Assembly (NCBI RefSeq): GCF_018350175.1
Contig: NC_058368.1
Span: 121,894,001 to 121,958,000 of the forward strand
Source of the DNA: Felis catus
Lineage: Eukaryota
Length of the DNA: 64,000 nt
Direction of reading: 5' to 3'
The notes below the pieces were generated by a model. The model saw only the letters and a list, made by a program, of their open reading frames with translations, was not told the DNA's origin and ran no database searches. Of this stretch, positions 1-13,548 are shown piece by piece; the first letter of the stretch is position 1, and each line of letters opens with the position of its first letter. The translations under genes and the position numbers were made by a program.

Positions 1-143
1 GAGCCAAATTTTCAATGTAGTGAATGTAGGAGAGGTCTTCCCTTTCCAGTGGACCCCTCAGAGTTCTCAATAGTAAAAGACTCATCACAGATACATGAAA
101 ATCATGCTGAAGGACTGATAAGGAATTGTAGTCTAGATATGTA

Positions 144-235
144 GTTCTCCCACCCAAGTAGTAACCAGGCCCGACCCTGCTTAGCTTCCGAGATCAGACG
201 AGATCAGGGACATTCAGGCTGGTATGGGCGGAGAC
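144..235 (-). pseudogene. 5S rRNA retropseudogene, 3'-truncated (about nt 1-90), no poly(A) tail
   Basis: Minus strand reads GTCTCCGCCCATACCAGCCTGAATGTCCCTGATCTCGTCTGATCTCGGAAGCTAAGCAGGGTCGGGCCTGGTTACTACTTGGGTGGGAGA, a diverged mammalian 5S. Flanked by a 14-bp direct repeat tagtctagatatgt (129-142, 236-249). Confidence 0.93.
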
Positions 236-246
236 TAGTCTAGATA

Positions 247-460
247 TGTTCTCAACCAAGGGCAATTTTCTTCCTCCTGGATATTTCACATCATCTGGAG
301 ATAGTTTTGGTTGTCACAACTTACCTTGGCCACTCACATCTAGTGGGGGAAAGGCCAGGGATGCAGCTAAACATCCTATAATACAAAGGACAGCCTCCCT
401 TCCTCTAAGAACTGTGTGCCCCAAATTCAATAGTGTTGCTGTTAAGAAATCCTTGTCTAC
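247..460 (+). mobile_element. MER20-like hAT-Charlie DNA transposon relic
   Basis: ttctcaacc..tctggagatagttttggttgtcacaac..catctagtggg..ggccagggatgcagctaaacatcctataat..gttaagaaatcc resembles the MER20 consensus. Confidence 0.75.
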
Positions 461-977
461 ATTATAGTATCTTCCTAACCTATTTCCTTGCCTGTTTTTT
501 CTCCCAGTCATAACCCAGCCTCCACCCTTCTGCCTTCTGTCTAAGCAACTTCTGTAACAAGTAATTCCGATCATATTACTCTCCTGGTTACGTAAATGGC
601 TGTTCAATGACTTTGAGAAAACATTCAAGTTCTTCATCATGGCCATATGCCCAGGCTCCTGTATTCCTCCTCAGCTTCAAATCACTTCTGTCTCCCAGTC
701 ATTCCCTATGTACCATCCATATCATTCATCCTGCAGTTCCACCAACATTACGATCTTTCGTGGCTCAGCACCTTTGCACATGCTGGTCCTTCTGCACTGA
801 ACACTCCTCCTCTTGTTGGCTTACAGAAGTAAGTACTGCTCAAAGATCAGTGCCAGCACACACACACACGAGCAAATGTTTATTCATCATCTATCATGCG
901 CCAGGCCCTGGTTTAGTGTGGGGAAACAGCTATGAGCAAAACAAAATAGGTCCATAGAGCTAATAGCCTAGACAGGT

Positions 978-1100
978 CCTCTCCAAAAGAACATCCTGCC
1001 ATGATGGAAATGTCTTAAACAGGTACTAATAATAGGATAGCTATGAGACACATGTGGCTACTGAGCACTTGAAAGGTAGATACTCTGAAATGAAATCTGC
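978..1100 (+). mobile_element. MER3/MER33-like hAT relic
   Basis: tccaaaagaac..gatggaaatgt..cacatgtggctactgagcacttgaaa. Confidence 0.55.
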
Positions 1101-1149
1101 TTTAAGGGTAAAATACACACGCAAAAAAGTAAAACGTCGCATGAACAGT

Positions 1150-1243
1150 TTTTTTAAGTAGGCTCTATGCCCTACAGGGGGCTCGAACTCATGACCTTGA
1201 GATTGAGTTGCATGTCTATCCACTGAGCCAGCCAGCTGCCCCT
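1150..1243 (-). mobile_element. Short or old Can-SINE fragment
   Basis: ggggctcgaactcatgaccttgagattgagttgcatgtctatccactgagccagccagctgcccc, the reverse complement of a tRNA-derived head. Confidence 0.65.
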
Positions 1244-2064
1244 CACACTAACAATTCTGAATAGTTACCTCACCTCAGTCCCATGACAAACTCATGAGGT
1301 AGAAGTTACTGTTTTACCCATTTGCGTCTGGCTTTGACCTGGGTCCGTGTGGCTCCAGAACCCACACAGTGTATACAGCACTGCACTCTACAAACCAGCT
1401 TCCCCATGTGATACTTCTCACACCAAATGAGTGAGCAAAGATTATCAAAACGACCCACACATTCACCCCTCTCCTGGCAGAGCCATCACATCACTCATGT
1501 CACACAGGGATTGAAAGTGGAAGGTGGGACTATGGGAGAGAAAGGTCTTAATTTCTGGGTCTCCACAGCAAATTGCAGAGGCTAAATAACACCAAGCAGA
1601 AGGTAGTGGGGAAACAAACAGAGCTCTAGTCCCCCATGAACATCTTGGCAGCTGCACATTATTTAGTCCAACACTAGACATGGATTATCACTGCCTTTAG
1701 GCACTTCCACTCTGGGGAGCAGTTCTTTTTCCAGAAAGCTCCAGGCCCATCTCTTCTACCACAGCACTTGCTGTCAGGGCCAGCAGGCTTCACCTGCTCA
1801 CATGGGTCTTAGAGCCTTTGGCTTCGAAGCACTCAGTCCCTACTAGTTTGGAGCTGTTTTTCTCTCCAACAGTGGCCCGAAAACTAGTGTGACCCAAGGG
1901 CCTGTGAGTCTGGCTGCCCTTTATGTAACCCATTCCCTTTCTCTGAAGCTATCCTCTGGTGCCCACTATGGCCATTGGGACTTTGAGAGTTCTTGTTCCC
2001 AGAGCTACAACCTCTCTAAAAGCACTAACCCCTTCCTGCAGCAGGTGGTATTCTTTTTTATTTT

Positions 2065-2295
2065 TTTAATTATTATTTTTTAAGTGTTTATTTATTTTTG
2101 AGAGAGAGAGAGAGACAGAGAGACAGAGCACAAGTTGGGGATGGGCAGAGAGAGAGGGAGACATAGAATTGGAAGCAGGCTCCAGGCTCTGAGATGGGAG
2201 TACAGAGCCCAACGTGGGGGTGTAACTTACGAACCACGAGATCATGACCTGAGCCAAAGTCGGATGCTCAACCGACTGAGCCACCCAGGCGCGCC
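2065..2295 (-). mobile_element. Felid Can-SINE inserted in the A-tail of an older L1
   Basis: Full SINE head, (CT)n and tail on the minus strand; T-rich duplicated target on both sides (about 2050 and 2298). Confidence 0.85.
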
Positions 2296-2297
2296 AA

Positions 2298-2530
2298 TTC
2301 TTTTTTTTTTTTAATTGATATATAACCAAAACACATTATATTAGTTTCAAGTACATGACATAAGGATTTGATATACGTATATGTTGCAAACTAATCACCA
2401 ATAAGCCGGGTTAATATTCATCACCACGCACAGTTACAAATTCTTTTTCTGGTGATGATAACTTTTATGATCTACTCTCTTAGCCACTTTTAAATATGCA
2501 CTACAGTATTATTAACTTAGTCACCACCCC
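2298..2530 (-). mobile_element. Old L1 3' end (L1MA-type)
   Basis: acattatattagtttcaagtac..tttatgatctactctcttagccacttttaaatatgcactacagtattattaac is typical of an L1MA9-like 3' UTR. Confidence 0.65.
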
Positions 2531-3039
2531 CAGGTGCCATTCAGGACAGCTTCTCGTGCAGTCCAGCAGGCCATGTTAACTCTACCCCGAGATCTGTCCA
2601 GAACGCACCAGCATCTCTCCACCTCCAACCGGCGCCCCTGTCCCGGCCACGCCCATCCCCTGCCAGCGTACTGCAATGATCCCCTACCTGGTCTCCCTTC
2701 AGGGAGCTCCTCAGATTCATTTTCCCCACAGCAGCAAGAATGATCTTAAAACATACTTCAGATCATATCACAACGTGATGTGACACAGCTCAGGTCTCAC
2801 TCACCTCTGGATTCCACATTCGCCTTTAGCAAATGTTTGTGGAATTGGACATGAGGTTCCATCTGTACCGAAATACCTGACATGGAGCTGAGTCCTGAGT
2901 CAGGCCAACACCTGCACTTGGCTGCCAGGGTGTGGAAGGCGGGGAAGGGGATCCAAATCCCCAGGGCTCTCCCCTCCTCCTCCTGCATGTCAGGGCCCAG
3001 TGACCCACCCCCAGCTATTCCGTGCTGCTTGCTACTCAC

Positions 3040-3204
3040 ATTTGGTGTGCCTGTCACACAAGGCCGACGCCCTCATATCACACAGCCGGATTGTCCCTTT
3101 GCTGCTGCTGTACACGAAGGTGTTGCAGTGATGGGGGTGGAACTCAGCTGCTGTGATCACCTCTGTGAGCTCCTCCATGTTGGCCGGCTTAATGTCGACG
3201 ATAT
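3040..3204 (-). CDS. PPP2R2B: PPP2R2B internal coding exon (165 nt), (N)[54 protein letters not shown](F)
   Basis: Translation matches B55-beta. Acceptor ..gtgccAG at 3206-3205, donor GTGAGT at 3039. A + AT across the junction rebuilds the Asn codon. Confidence 0.97.
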
Positions 3205-3689
3205 CTGGCACGGACGAGTCAAGGAAGGGACCAGAAGGGGGCAGACCCGCGGGGGTGATTCGTAGCAGCACTGCCTGCATTTCGTGTAACAGGCGAGCGT
3301 TTACCACACACAGTAGATCCTCACAGGAACTGTGCGAGCAAATGTGAGGGTATTACTGGGCTTGGCAGATGAGGCCCAGAGATGCCCAGGAATCAGAGGC
3401 ACCATTAGAACTCAGGTCTCCCTGGCCCCTTACATGCATTTCATTCTCCATAGCATATAGAACATGTTCCATTGACCCATCAAAGTTATCTGCACATGCA
3501 ACCATGCTAAAATGTGCTGAGCTGCATTTTATGAAAGACTTTCATTTCTCATTTGACAACAGTGGTGAAGAAACTAGTCCCATTCCAACTAAATAGTTCA
3601 GTTTACTTGAATCTTTCCCCAGACTCCTGGGCTGATAAAAGGTATCTATGATAGACTGTGAATGCTCTTCTACGAAATCCCTGAGATCT

Positions 3690-3747
3690 TCCTTTTTTTT
3701 CTTTTCTTTTTTTTTTTTTTTGAGAGAGACAATGCAAGTGAGGAAGG

Positions 3748-3799
<52 letters not shown>

Positions 3800-3923
3800 G
3801 GAAGTGGGGCTTGTCTTTTACCTGAAGCAGGGCTCGAGCTCATCCGATGTTGTACTTGAACTCAGGAACGGTGGGATCATGACCTGAGCCAAAGTCAGAT
3901 GCTTACTGAGTCATCCAGGTGCC
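3690..3923 (-). mobile_element. Can-SINE with expanded (GA)n
   Basis: SINE body; TSD ccctgagatct at 3679-3689 and 3924-3934. Confidence 0.85.
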
Positions 3924-6900
3924 CCCTGAGATCTGCTTTAACAACACATGGGTGACAATACTACGAGCTGCTACCATTTAGTGAACACTGACTATAGGTC
4001 AACTGCTGTGCAAAGCATACCATGTACTTTATCTCATTTAATCCTTATAACAGCTCTATAACCAGTCCTTTTCTTATCCCCATTTATCAGAGGTGGAGAT
4101 GGAAGCTGTCACATGGCTAGAGTGGAAGCACCAGGATTTTATCTCAGATGCAACATTTTGCTAACTGTGCAAAATTTGTCTTATTAGAGATATACAGGAC
4201 CTCATGTTTCTATAAGCTGTGATTTGCTGTAGAGCTTCTGTGGGAGTTTAAGCACCAGAAAAAAAAAGCCATCCAGTTGTATGGTGGGACAGTTTTAGCC
4301 TCCTAGGGAATATACCTTTATCATCTGTTTTCTTCTTCCTCAATGTTTTCCATTCTGATCAAGAATTATTATAGCTCCATTTTTAAAGGCCACATCCTTG
4401 TATATTGAAATGAAACATCTGGCCTTTTAATTAAGGAGGTGACTCAGTGGACACAGGACCTTCAGGAGGAGGTCTGGCATGTGTGAGGGGCTAGGTTTGT
4501 GTCGATTCCTTGATACCCTTACCCAGAGCTTGGGGGACCCACGTACAGATGGGAGGCACCTGGCTGGGGCTGATGTGCTGTCTGAGGACCCCACAGGCCT
4601 CGTGATGCAGATGCTGTTACATAGGAAAGCTGACCAAAACGTTGCCCACTTTTCCTAGACTTCACCACTTCTGAGCCGCCTTTGTGATTTGGCCCCATGT
4701 GTATATCACCAGGTGGTATTTGCTTAACACGCTTTCTTCAGATCAGCTTCTATCGACTCACTTTGTTTCCTTAGCCTCGTCTAAGCTGTAATCCAATATT
4801 CATAAAATCATGGATTTAACGAGCTAGTTACATTTTGAATAATGTACATGTAATAAATACATAATTAAAATAAACACGTTTATACCTGTGCCGGGAGCTC
4901 ATATATCCCATTTTGGGAAACAATGCATCGACTGAACAAGAACTAACTTGATAGAGACTATGCTATTAGTCTGGGATGGATGAAAGTTTCTTGTGCTTTT
5001 CATAGTCCCCTCCTTAGAGTTTACATGAGGTACAAGTGAACGCACCTGTATTTGTAGTCATACCAGCACCAACACAGCCATCCATTATCAAACATCACCC
5101 GTGCTCCAGCAGGCACTCTGGTGCAATAATGGCTCTGTATCTGGTCGTGCCTCTTTCCCCTTCAATGATCTCTGCGAAGTCCTGTTGTTTCTTTCTCAAA
5201 TGAGTCTGTGACTGAACTGACACTACATTGTACTACAATTTCCCCCGCCAAACCCAGATGTAAATACTACTTGGGTCTCCAAAGCACGTGGGTCCCCTGG
5301 ATTCACAAAACATTACCTTTCAACTCAACTGCTACCAGAGTTATAAATATTATTGCAGGTAGCACCACATGCGGGGGAACAGGAGGCTGAGCCCCCTGGA
5401 AGGCCCCAAGCTACATTTCTGATGTTTTCTCCAGCCCCCCTGACCCTTGCCCTGGGCTTTGTGGCCACGACACGGGATGGGGTGAGCAGAGGTTAGTGTT
5501 CAGCTGCTGTCAGATTTCATCACCCTCCACAAACAGCCTCCAAAGCCTACCATACCAGTGAGCATGTTTCTCTTTTCCTAAAATAGGGAAAGAAAATCTG
5601 GTGTCAGCTTTCTCAACCTCTACCAGGATAGCTCTAAAAACAAGCTTCACTGGAAGGGATCTTTGCTGTGTGGGAGGGGGAGGTGCCACATCTACTGTTA
5701 TTTTTTTCTCACCTAAAAATAAAGCCCCAAAGTCAGAATGTGTGAAAACGAAGTGCTTAAAGATATCTTTGAAAGCAGGAAGGAACATCCCCCACCACTA
5801 AGAACACCAACACGGATGTGCGCACTGAGTCTGCTTAGGGCTGCTTCCTCTGGGTCCATCTTCTCTCCTTCCCTCATTCACTTGCTCCCTCCCTTCTGCC
5901 CAAGCCTCCCCATCATCCCTCATCCCCAAGCATCTCTCTTTTGACTAGAATGTCTGACTCTGTGGGTGTTTAAGGATGACTCTAATCCTCTTTTTAACAA
6001 CCGCGATGACAGGGACAAGGACGATAATAATAACCAGCAGTTAATGTTCACCACGTGCCATGTATTGTCTCATTTGACCTTCATCTCAGCCTAACGAGGT
6101 CAGTACTATTCAGTAACTGAGGTAAATTAATCAAGGTCATAGGACTAGCAGAGAGAAGAGCTGGGATTTGAACCCATCCTGTCTGACTTCAGAGCCTGGG
6201 TTCTTGACCACATGCTATTTTCCTCCCCCGAGAAAAGGCCCTTACAGAGCCAGCCTTTCTGAGTGCAGTAATTCTAGCTCTCTTGACACTTCCCCTGGCG
6301 AATCTGAGAGGGCAGACTGTGTTCTTTTAATTCACTGATCACTTTGGTGGCCACACTTTTCAGAATCAGAATTTGGACATAGCATCTGACTCAGGACTTC
6401 TGTGTCCTATGATCTGATAATTATTTTCCTCTTTTCTGAACCATAAACTGGGACAGAAACATATGGGATTTCTTGAGTTGTTAACTGATGGAGGATTTGC
6501 TGAGTTCTAAAAACATTTGGGAGGAGACTAGTTACCAAATTCAATGGCTTTATGGGAATGATGGGAACAGGATAGTTCAGATCTATATCATCTCAGGCCT
6601 TTCTTCTCACTCTTTTCTAAAGGGAGATGCACACCTTCAGCATATGTGGTTTTGCCCTTCATGTTGGAAGGGAAAGTGAAAAAAGATAAGCACTGTATTA
6701 TCTTGGAAAAGAATGATGCATTTTGACAGTCAATTTTCCCTTCTCTATCCTTCAGAGCTCTCTATCCAAATTATTTCCCTGTTGTCCCAAAGAACTAAGT
6801 GGTGAAAGCAAAACATAGCACTGGATTCGCAGCTAATATACAAGGCAGACAGCCAACAGATTGCTATTAAATTAACCCTGGGGCTTGACAGATCTGTTCT

Positions 6901-7679
6901 TCCTGACCCCAACTGCTTATGGCATTCCTTATTAATGCTGAGCCCAGACAAATTACCTCTGCTAACAAAAGGGGTTAATCTGCTTCTCTGCTGGGACTCT
7001 GGAGGCAGCTCTGAGGACAGGAGGGGGCATAGCTAGTTTGGCAGCTGAGCTCCGAGCTTGGAAGGCAGGAGGGAAGGTGAGGGCATCACTGTGCCAGGCA
7101 GGGCCTAAGGCGTCATTTAAAATAATAATTGAAGACACTGGGAGGTCACCCCTTAAGGGATTGGCTTCAAACAAATACGAAGCCAGAGTCATAAATTACA
7201 TCAGCAGTGGGGTGAGGGAATGGAGAGGGTAATGGCAGGATGCTAAGGGGTAGCATGGAGGCCATTCAAAAGTCTTTCCTTAATCCCCAATTTGGAAAAA
7301 GCTTTCTACCAAAAAAAAAAAAATGTCTACAGCAACATGATAAAAGAAATATATTGACTATAACATACATAGAGAAAGGGAAATGATTATGTAAATTTTG
7401 ATCAATCTCATTAAATTGTTTTTGCAATGAAATTCCAAGTCTGTTAAAAAACACGAAACATTGTATCTATACTATGATCATAATATCGTTTGAAACTTAC
7501 AATGTGAAAATAATGAGCTAAAGGCAAGATATTAAATGTTAGTAATAGTTCAATCTGAGAAGGTCTATGAATTTTCAATTATCAGTTATCATTTCCACAT
7601 TTTCTTCTAATCAAGTAGTGTGTTAGGATAGAAAAAGATATATCTCACATATAGAGAGATATCTATAAAGATATATCTT

Positions 7680-7717
7680 ATTATACTTATATATATATAT
7701 ATATATAAGTATATAAG

Positions 7718-7783
<66 letters not shown>
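7680..7783. repeat. (TA)n microsatellite
   Basis: Long interrupted TA run. Confidence 0.95.
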
Positions 7784-7786
<3 letters not shown>

Positions 7787-7944
7787 TGTGACCAGAGTCA
7801 TGTAAAAAAATCAGAGAGAGACAGAGAGAGAAAATATAGTATGGAAGGAGATGTGATTAAGATCTTACAAGGGATTAAATGGAAAGTCAGCAGGTAAGTT
7901 ACCCTTTAGAAACTCTAGTTTACAAAGGGTAACTTACCTTTACC

Positions 7945-7997
7945 ATTCATCTATCCATCCATCCATCCATCCATCCATCCATCCCTCCATCCATCCA
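7945..7997. repeat. (TCCA)n tetranucleotide repeat, probably at an L2 3' end
   Basis: ccatccatccatcc.. followed by cacaaatgttca (L2-tail-like). Confidence 0.8.
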
Positions 7998-9984
7998 TTG
8001 ATGTAATCCACAAATGTTCACAAAGAACCTGCTAATACTTTTCTCACCACAGGGGATACAACCATGGCTGAAGCAGACCCAAATCCCCCTGATTTGTGGA
8101 GCCTATATTCCAGCAGGTCACGTGGTCACTAAGCAAGGCAGATAAATATAATATAAACCAGATAGTAACAAATGCAAAGCAGAAAAAGGAGGGAAGAGAG
8201 AGAGAAATGATACATGTGTAGGGGCGGGGACAAGGTATGTGTATGTCTTACATCAAAAAGGAGAAAGCTTCCTGGATAAATTAATTTTTCCCCTTTTATT
8301 ATTTACTTGCTTTTCTGAGCCCTTATAGTTAAGTTAGCTAGCATTATGTTACAAGTGTGATGTAAAGCCCCTGTATTTACACCAAAATTAGGTGGTGAGA
8401 TTATAGGTGATTTTATAATCTCCACAATACATATTTTTAAATAATAAACATTAAAAAAGTAGTTTGCTTGTGTTAGAACCATCTGTGAGAAAATTAAGAG
8501 AGCAGAAGCCTCATCACCATGGGTCAAGTTTAAGATAATACTGTGAAAAATATTGTGATTATAACAAAACTGGGTCAGGAGGTTGGGAGTCAATAGTGAT
8601 TCCAAGTCTGTTTTGCTCAGAGAATGTGGGAAAGTCATTTTCTCTCTCTACGCTTCAATTTTTTTTTTTTTTGCCTTTGAATGGGCATCATTCTATTTAC
8701 TCTGAAAGCCTCTGAGAATTTTGATTATGAAATAATTTCATGGAGAAAGATATTAAATGGCTTTATAGTCGACTGAATAATCCCATCCCTCACAGAAAGC
8801 ACCTATTTTTCCACAGATAGCTTTATATGCATTAGTTTTGTGGGCTTTTGAAGGGGATGTCCTCATATGCTTCTGTCTTTATCCATGCTGATTTTGCTGA
8901 TACCAACAACATTTTTGTTTGTTTGTTTTGTTTCCTTTCTAAGCCCTGCCTAAGCCAATCAAGCACTGGAAAGCCAAAAAAGAGGCCTTTCTGCAGGCCA
9001 GGTTGGTGAGTGAAATCTATGTTTGCCTGGGAAAGATACCTATCTTCAAGAGCAGTTGAGGCTTTTCATGTTTCTGCACTTAGAGTCTGCCAATACTGAA
9101 GGCGGAGAACAGCCTTATTTTGGCCCTGAGAACTAATCATAATAAAGTAGGATTTCCTTTTAGGGGACATGAATTGCTTTGAGTTTTTTTTTTTTTCTTT
9201 TTAAAGTCTGAATGTAATCTCTGGATATTAAGTATTGATTACAAAGCATCCAGATCTTGTTAGCTGAAGGGACATGTTACTTGATGATAAGATACTGGCA
9301 ACCTCTGAAGAGGACTCTAAGGGATATTCCTCTTTTAAGAGCTTAAAAAAAGCCAACGTGAAAATATTTATGGAGGGTTTGCCAATTGCTAGGCTTAACA
9401 GGAGAGGCTGACAAAAAATATGTCGCGGGGCCATCTTACTTACTGCTTGTAAGTATGTACTGAGCTACAAAAGATACTGGGCTGAGACGGCCTCCATGAT
9501 TTGGGGAAGGGGGCACTTGAAAATCCCATAACCACAGACCCTTCCCTGTTCATGTGACACAGAGCTTGAATTCCACCATTAGGAAACACCCAATACCCCT
9601 TCAAAGGTCAATTCAGATGTTACTTTCTTTATGAAGCAGTCTAGCCTTTCCTTCATCATTCTTCCTGTTCCATGCCTCCATAGAACCTTGAATACACCTA
9701 ACAGGTAACCCATATTACTAGATTTGAGTAATTTGAGATGGTGTGATAGAGCACATGATATTGGAATATGAAATGAGACTGAAATGTTAATCCCAAATTC
9801 TGTGACCCGTTACCTAATCTTGAAAGCCTTTAAATTTGTTAACTCATTTACAAAAAGAGGAAGAAAATTACAGTAGATGACGTGTATCACATACCTGGTA
9901 TTTAATACAGGCTCTGAAAATTGTTGGTCTGATCTTCCCTAGTATGGTCACATGACTGTCTCCCTCTGTCCACCTAATCACTTC

Positions 9985-10636
9985 GCTGGTTTTGAGGAAT
10001 GTTAACTCGGTTAGGCTGAACTACAATCCTTAGAGTTCCCTTTCTAGGATGTTGCTGGTTACCGTGGGCTAACACGGGCTCAGGAGGGTTGGAGGACAAA
10101 AGGGAAGAAGCAGTTGCTCTGTAGTACACACACACCTTCTCCCACTTATTCCATCAAACACTAATCTATGTGCTACTGTAATCTAGGTGCTGTAAGAAGT
10201 TCTGCAGATGTGATTAAAGGCCCCAATGAGTTGACTTTCAGTTAATCGAAGGAAGATAATCCTGGGTGAGCCTGAATTAATCGGTTTGGAAGACATTTAA
10301 AGGAAAGCTTTGGCTTTCCTAAAGGAAGAGACTCCAAAAGGCTGCTGGGTCCACAGTTGTTCTCCCTCCTCACTGTCCATGTGTGGACAAGCTTCAACTC
10401 ATGCTCACGTTCTTCCAGCTTCCTTGTGATTTTTCATTCTTGCCTAACTGCCTTACAGACCCTGGACTTGCTTGGCCAGTCACACAATTGCAAGGCTAAC
10501 TCACTGTAATAAGTCAGTCTCTCTCCCTCTCCCTTCTGTCCCCCCCCCCTCTTTCTCTGTAGACAGACAGACACACACACACACACACACACCTCTCCCA
10601 ACAGTTTTGCTTCCCTGATTGAACTCTGCATGATAC
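9985..10636 (+). mobile_element. Solo ERVL LTR (MLT2-like)
   Basis: aactcggttaggctgaactaca..ccacttattccatcaaacactaatcta..agttgactttcagttaatc.., ending tttgcttccctgattgaactctgcatgataca. Confidence 0.65.
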
Positions 10637-13002
10637 ATCTACCCTTTCAGATTACAAAAATCATAATATCAGGGATGGAGTTTTATTCATCTTGGCATTT
10701 CTCATGCACATGGTAGATGCTCAATAAATTTAAGTTATTAAATTTCAATAAATTACTTTCATTTGTTGTGACTTAGCAGCCTTCTCAAGGCCTAGTTTTT
10801 TAAAATGCAGAAAATCCACAGTAGGTCAGTAGTAGGCCAAGATGCCAGGCCTAGATACTGTAAATCACCTCAACTTGTGGTTTTCTTAGGAGAGAATGGG
10901 ATTCAAGCAGCAAGGTTAGAAGAACAAAGGGCTGGGGAAATGTTTCAAATATAATAGTAATTATTTCATATACAATAGTATATATTTCAAATATAATACT
11001 ATTCATTAGGCCTTCTTTTTGTGCCAGGCACTTGGCTAAGAAATTTACATGATTATTTCCTTTAATACCCACAACAACCTTATAAGATAGATGGTATTTA
11101 TTATCTCCATTAACTGATGAGACAATGAAGGGGCAGAGAGGTGTTAAGCAGCTTATTAAGGTCACAAAGATTGTATGAGACAAAATTGGATTCCAATCCA
11201 GTGAATCTGACTCTGGAGTCTAACTACTAAGCTAACTACTACTAACTACTAAGCACTCCTGATTATGAAGCTATACCTACTGCTCTGAGGAAGCTCAAAA
11301 AGCCCAAGAAGTGTGCAGTTTCATTCTTGCCCTCTTCCCTGACAACATGAGATCCAAAGGGCTTTCCCTGTGCATAGATAAATACCTTGTCTCAAGAAGT
11401 CTTAGGTCTGGCAGGCACAGAGTGTCAAGCAAAACACTAGGCCTTGGAAAACTTGGAAAATGTACCAAGGCTACATTTATTAATGGGGAGGAGAAGGCTG
11501 CCCTGGGACACACGGACCAATGTTCTGGATATGTCAATGGAATATTCTCCTTTTACACTAAATGCCAGCCTCAGATTGATATGTACATTTGTGGATGAAA
11601 GCCACAATAGCAACAAGGGAGACAAACTTGTATTAGGCCCCACAGCTTCCTTCAAAGCCTGCCTGGCAGAATCCCACCAGATTAAAAGGAAGGCCGCTGT
11701 CCATGGTACTATGAAGAGACAGAAGCCAAGAATTGAGGTTATATGGTCCCCTCATCAGGGAATAAGTTCCAAAGGGCCTCAGCTCAGTTGACAAATGAAG
11801 CTGTTGTACAGGGGAGCTAAGACTAAGGCCAATGATGAAGTACCTCTAGAGTTCAGATGTCCTCTCTCAGAGAAATCCTCTGTTTCACGACCAGAGACCA
11901 GACTTGAGTAAGATGTGGCTAACCTTTCTAGCCTTGTTTGCATCATGCTCCACCACATTCTCTGGCCTTCAGTCACAATGGACTTTTTAGAGTTTCTCCA
12001 ACATTGCCACACTCCCTCCTGTCACACGCCCTCTGTACATGCTAGACCAATCTCTCCACACCTTTTTTCCTCTTTCAGATCTTAACTCAGTAATCAGTTC
12101 CTCTGCAAAGTCTCCTTTTATTCCCTGAAATCTGTATCAGAGTTCAAAAAAGAAGCATACACAGGACTGTATTTCCTTTCCTCAAAGGACTTACTTCTGT
12201 TTGTAATTATATGCTCATTAGTGTGATTATTTGATGAATGTCATTCTGAAAGCAGAAAATTTCTTTTCACTTTTGTATCCCCATGGCTTAGTGCAGTGAC
12301 GGGAACAGAATAGGTACTCAGTATACAGTTGTCGAGAGCTGTACCTTTACTTTTACTTGATAGGAGCCTATTTAATAGCTCTTATATTGGACAGGGTAAG
12401 AGCCAAGGTCAACCCATTCTTAGTCCTGGGAAGAGAACTCAAAGGATCCTAAGTATACCACAGAAAACAGTTTGAAAAGTTATGGCTGCTTTTTGCCCTA
12501 GAATATCACTAATCTAGAAATGAGTTATTATTGTCCTGAAATAGTTAACCCATTAAGGCCAAAGTTTGACCACTTTAGGCCAGAACCTATTATATAAGAC
12601 AAAGACAGACTAGCTATGGAAGGAAGGGAGAGGACTCAAGACCAGGTGTCAAAGGGCTAGGAATGCCTTAATCTGATATGGTATTAAACGCAAAAACCTG
12701 GACCTCAGAGATCCTTCAAATATGTGGTAACTGGGGTATAAAGAGCAACATCTTGAGAAGAACATCCAACTGCAGAACCAAAGGAGACATCAAGAACTAA
12801 GAAGAGGACCCAGACAATAAATTTAGCAGAGTAGCATCCACCATACTAACATTCAATTTTTCTAGTTTCCGAATCCTTTTAATGATAATCATGCTTGTTT
12901 AAGCCTGTTTATAATTTATGTAGCAGGGTACTGGCCTAAGCATATGTGTTTATGTGTGTATATGGATACACACACAAGCATATGTGTATCTCTCTCTCTT
13001 TC

Positions 13003-13004
<2 letters not shown>

Positions 13005-13043
<39 letters not shown>
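13005..13043. repeat. (CA)n microsatellite
   Basis: Perfect CA run. Confidence 0.95.
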
Positions 13044-13046
<3 letters not shown>

Positions 13047-13059
13047 TATATTTTATATA

Positions 13060-13378
13060 CAGCTGACCCTTGAACAATGTGGGGACTAGGGTCATTGACT
13101 CCCATGCAATAAAAAAACCACATGTAACTTTTGACTCCCTTAAAACCTAATGATTAATACCTTACTGTTGACCTTACCAATAACATAAGTTGATTAATAC
13201 ATATTTTGTATGCCATATATATTATACACTGTACTCTTACAATAAAGTAAACTAGAGAAAACATTATTGAGAAAATCATAAGAGAAAATACATTTATAGT
13301 ACTGTATTGCACTTATAAAAAAAAATCTGCATGTAAGTGGACCTGTGCAGTCCAAACCCATGATCCAAGAGTCAACTG
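13060..13378 (-). mobile_element. Tigger2a-like (TcMar-Tigger) MITE with both terminal inverted repeats
   Basis: Terminal inverted repeats cagctgacccttgaaca / tgatccaagagtcaactg, with TA on both sides (13058-59, 13379-80). Confidence 0.8.
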
Positions 13379-13429
13379 TATATACAAAATTTATCCACAT
13401 ATACGTATTAAAATATAAATGTTTTATAT

Positions 13430-13496
13430 ATGTGGATAATTTTATCCATATATATATCCATATATATATATGTATATGTATATATGGATAAAATAT

Positions 13497-13542
<46 letters not shown>
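13430..13542. repeat. (TA)n-rich microsatellite
   Basis: Interrupted then perfect TA run. Confidence 0.9.

Positions 13543-13548
<6 letters not shown>

Noticed and set aside
144..235. Functional 5S rRNA gene
   Set aside because: Lacks the last ~30 nt and the terminator, carries several substitutions, is solitary and is flanked by a TSD.
3205..3307. N-terminal extensions and C-terminal read-throughs of the exon ORFs (also 59804-59825 and 17396-17508)
   Set aside because: Similarity to B55-beta stops exactly at canonical splice sites, so the extensions are intronic.
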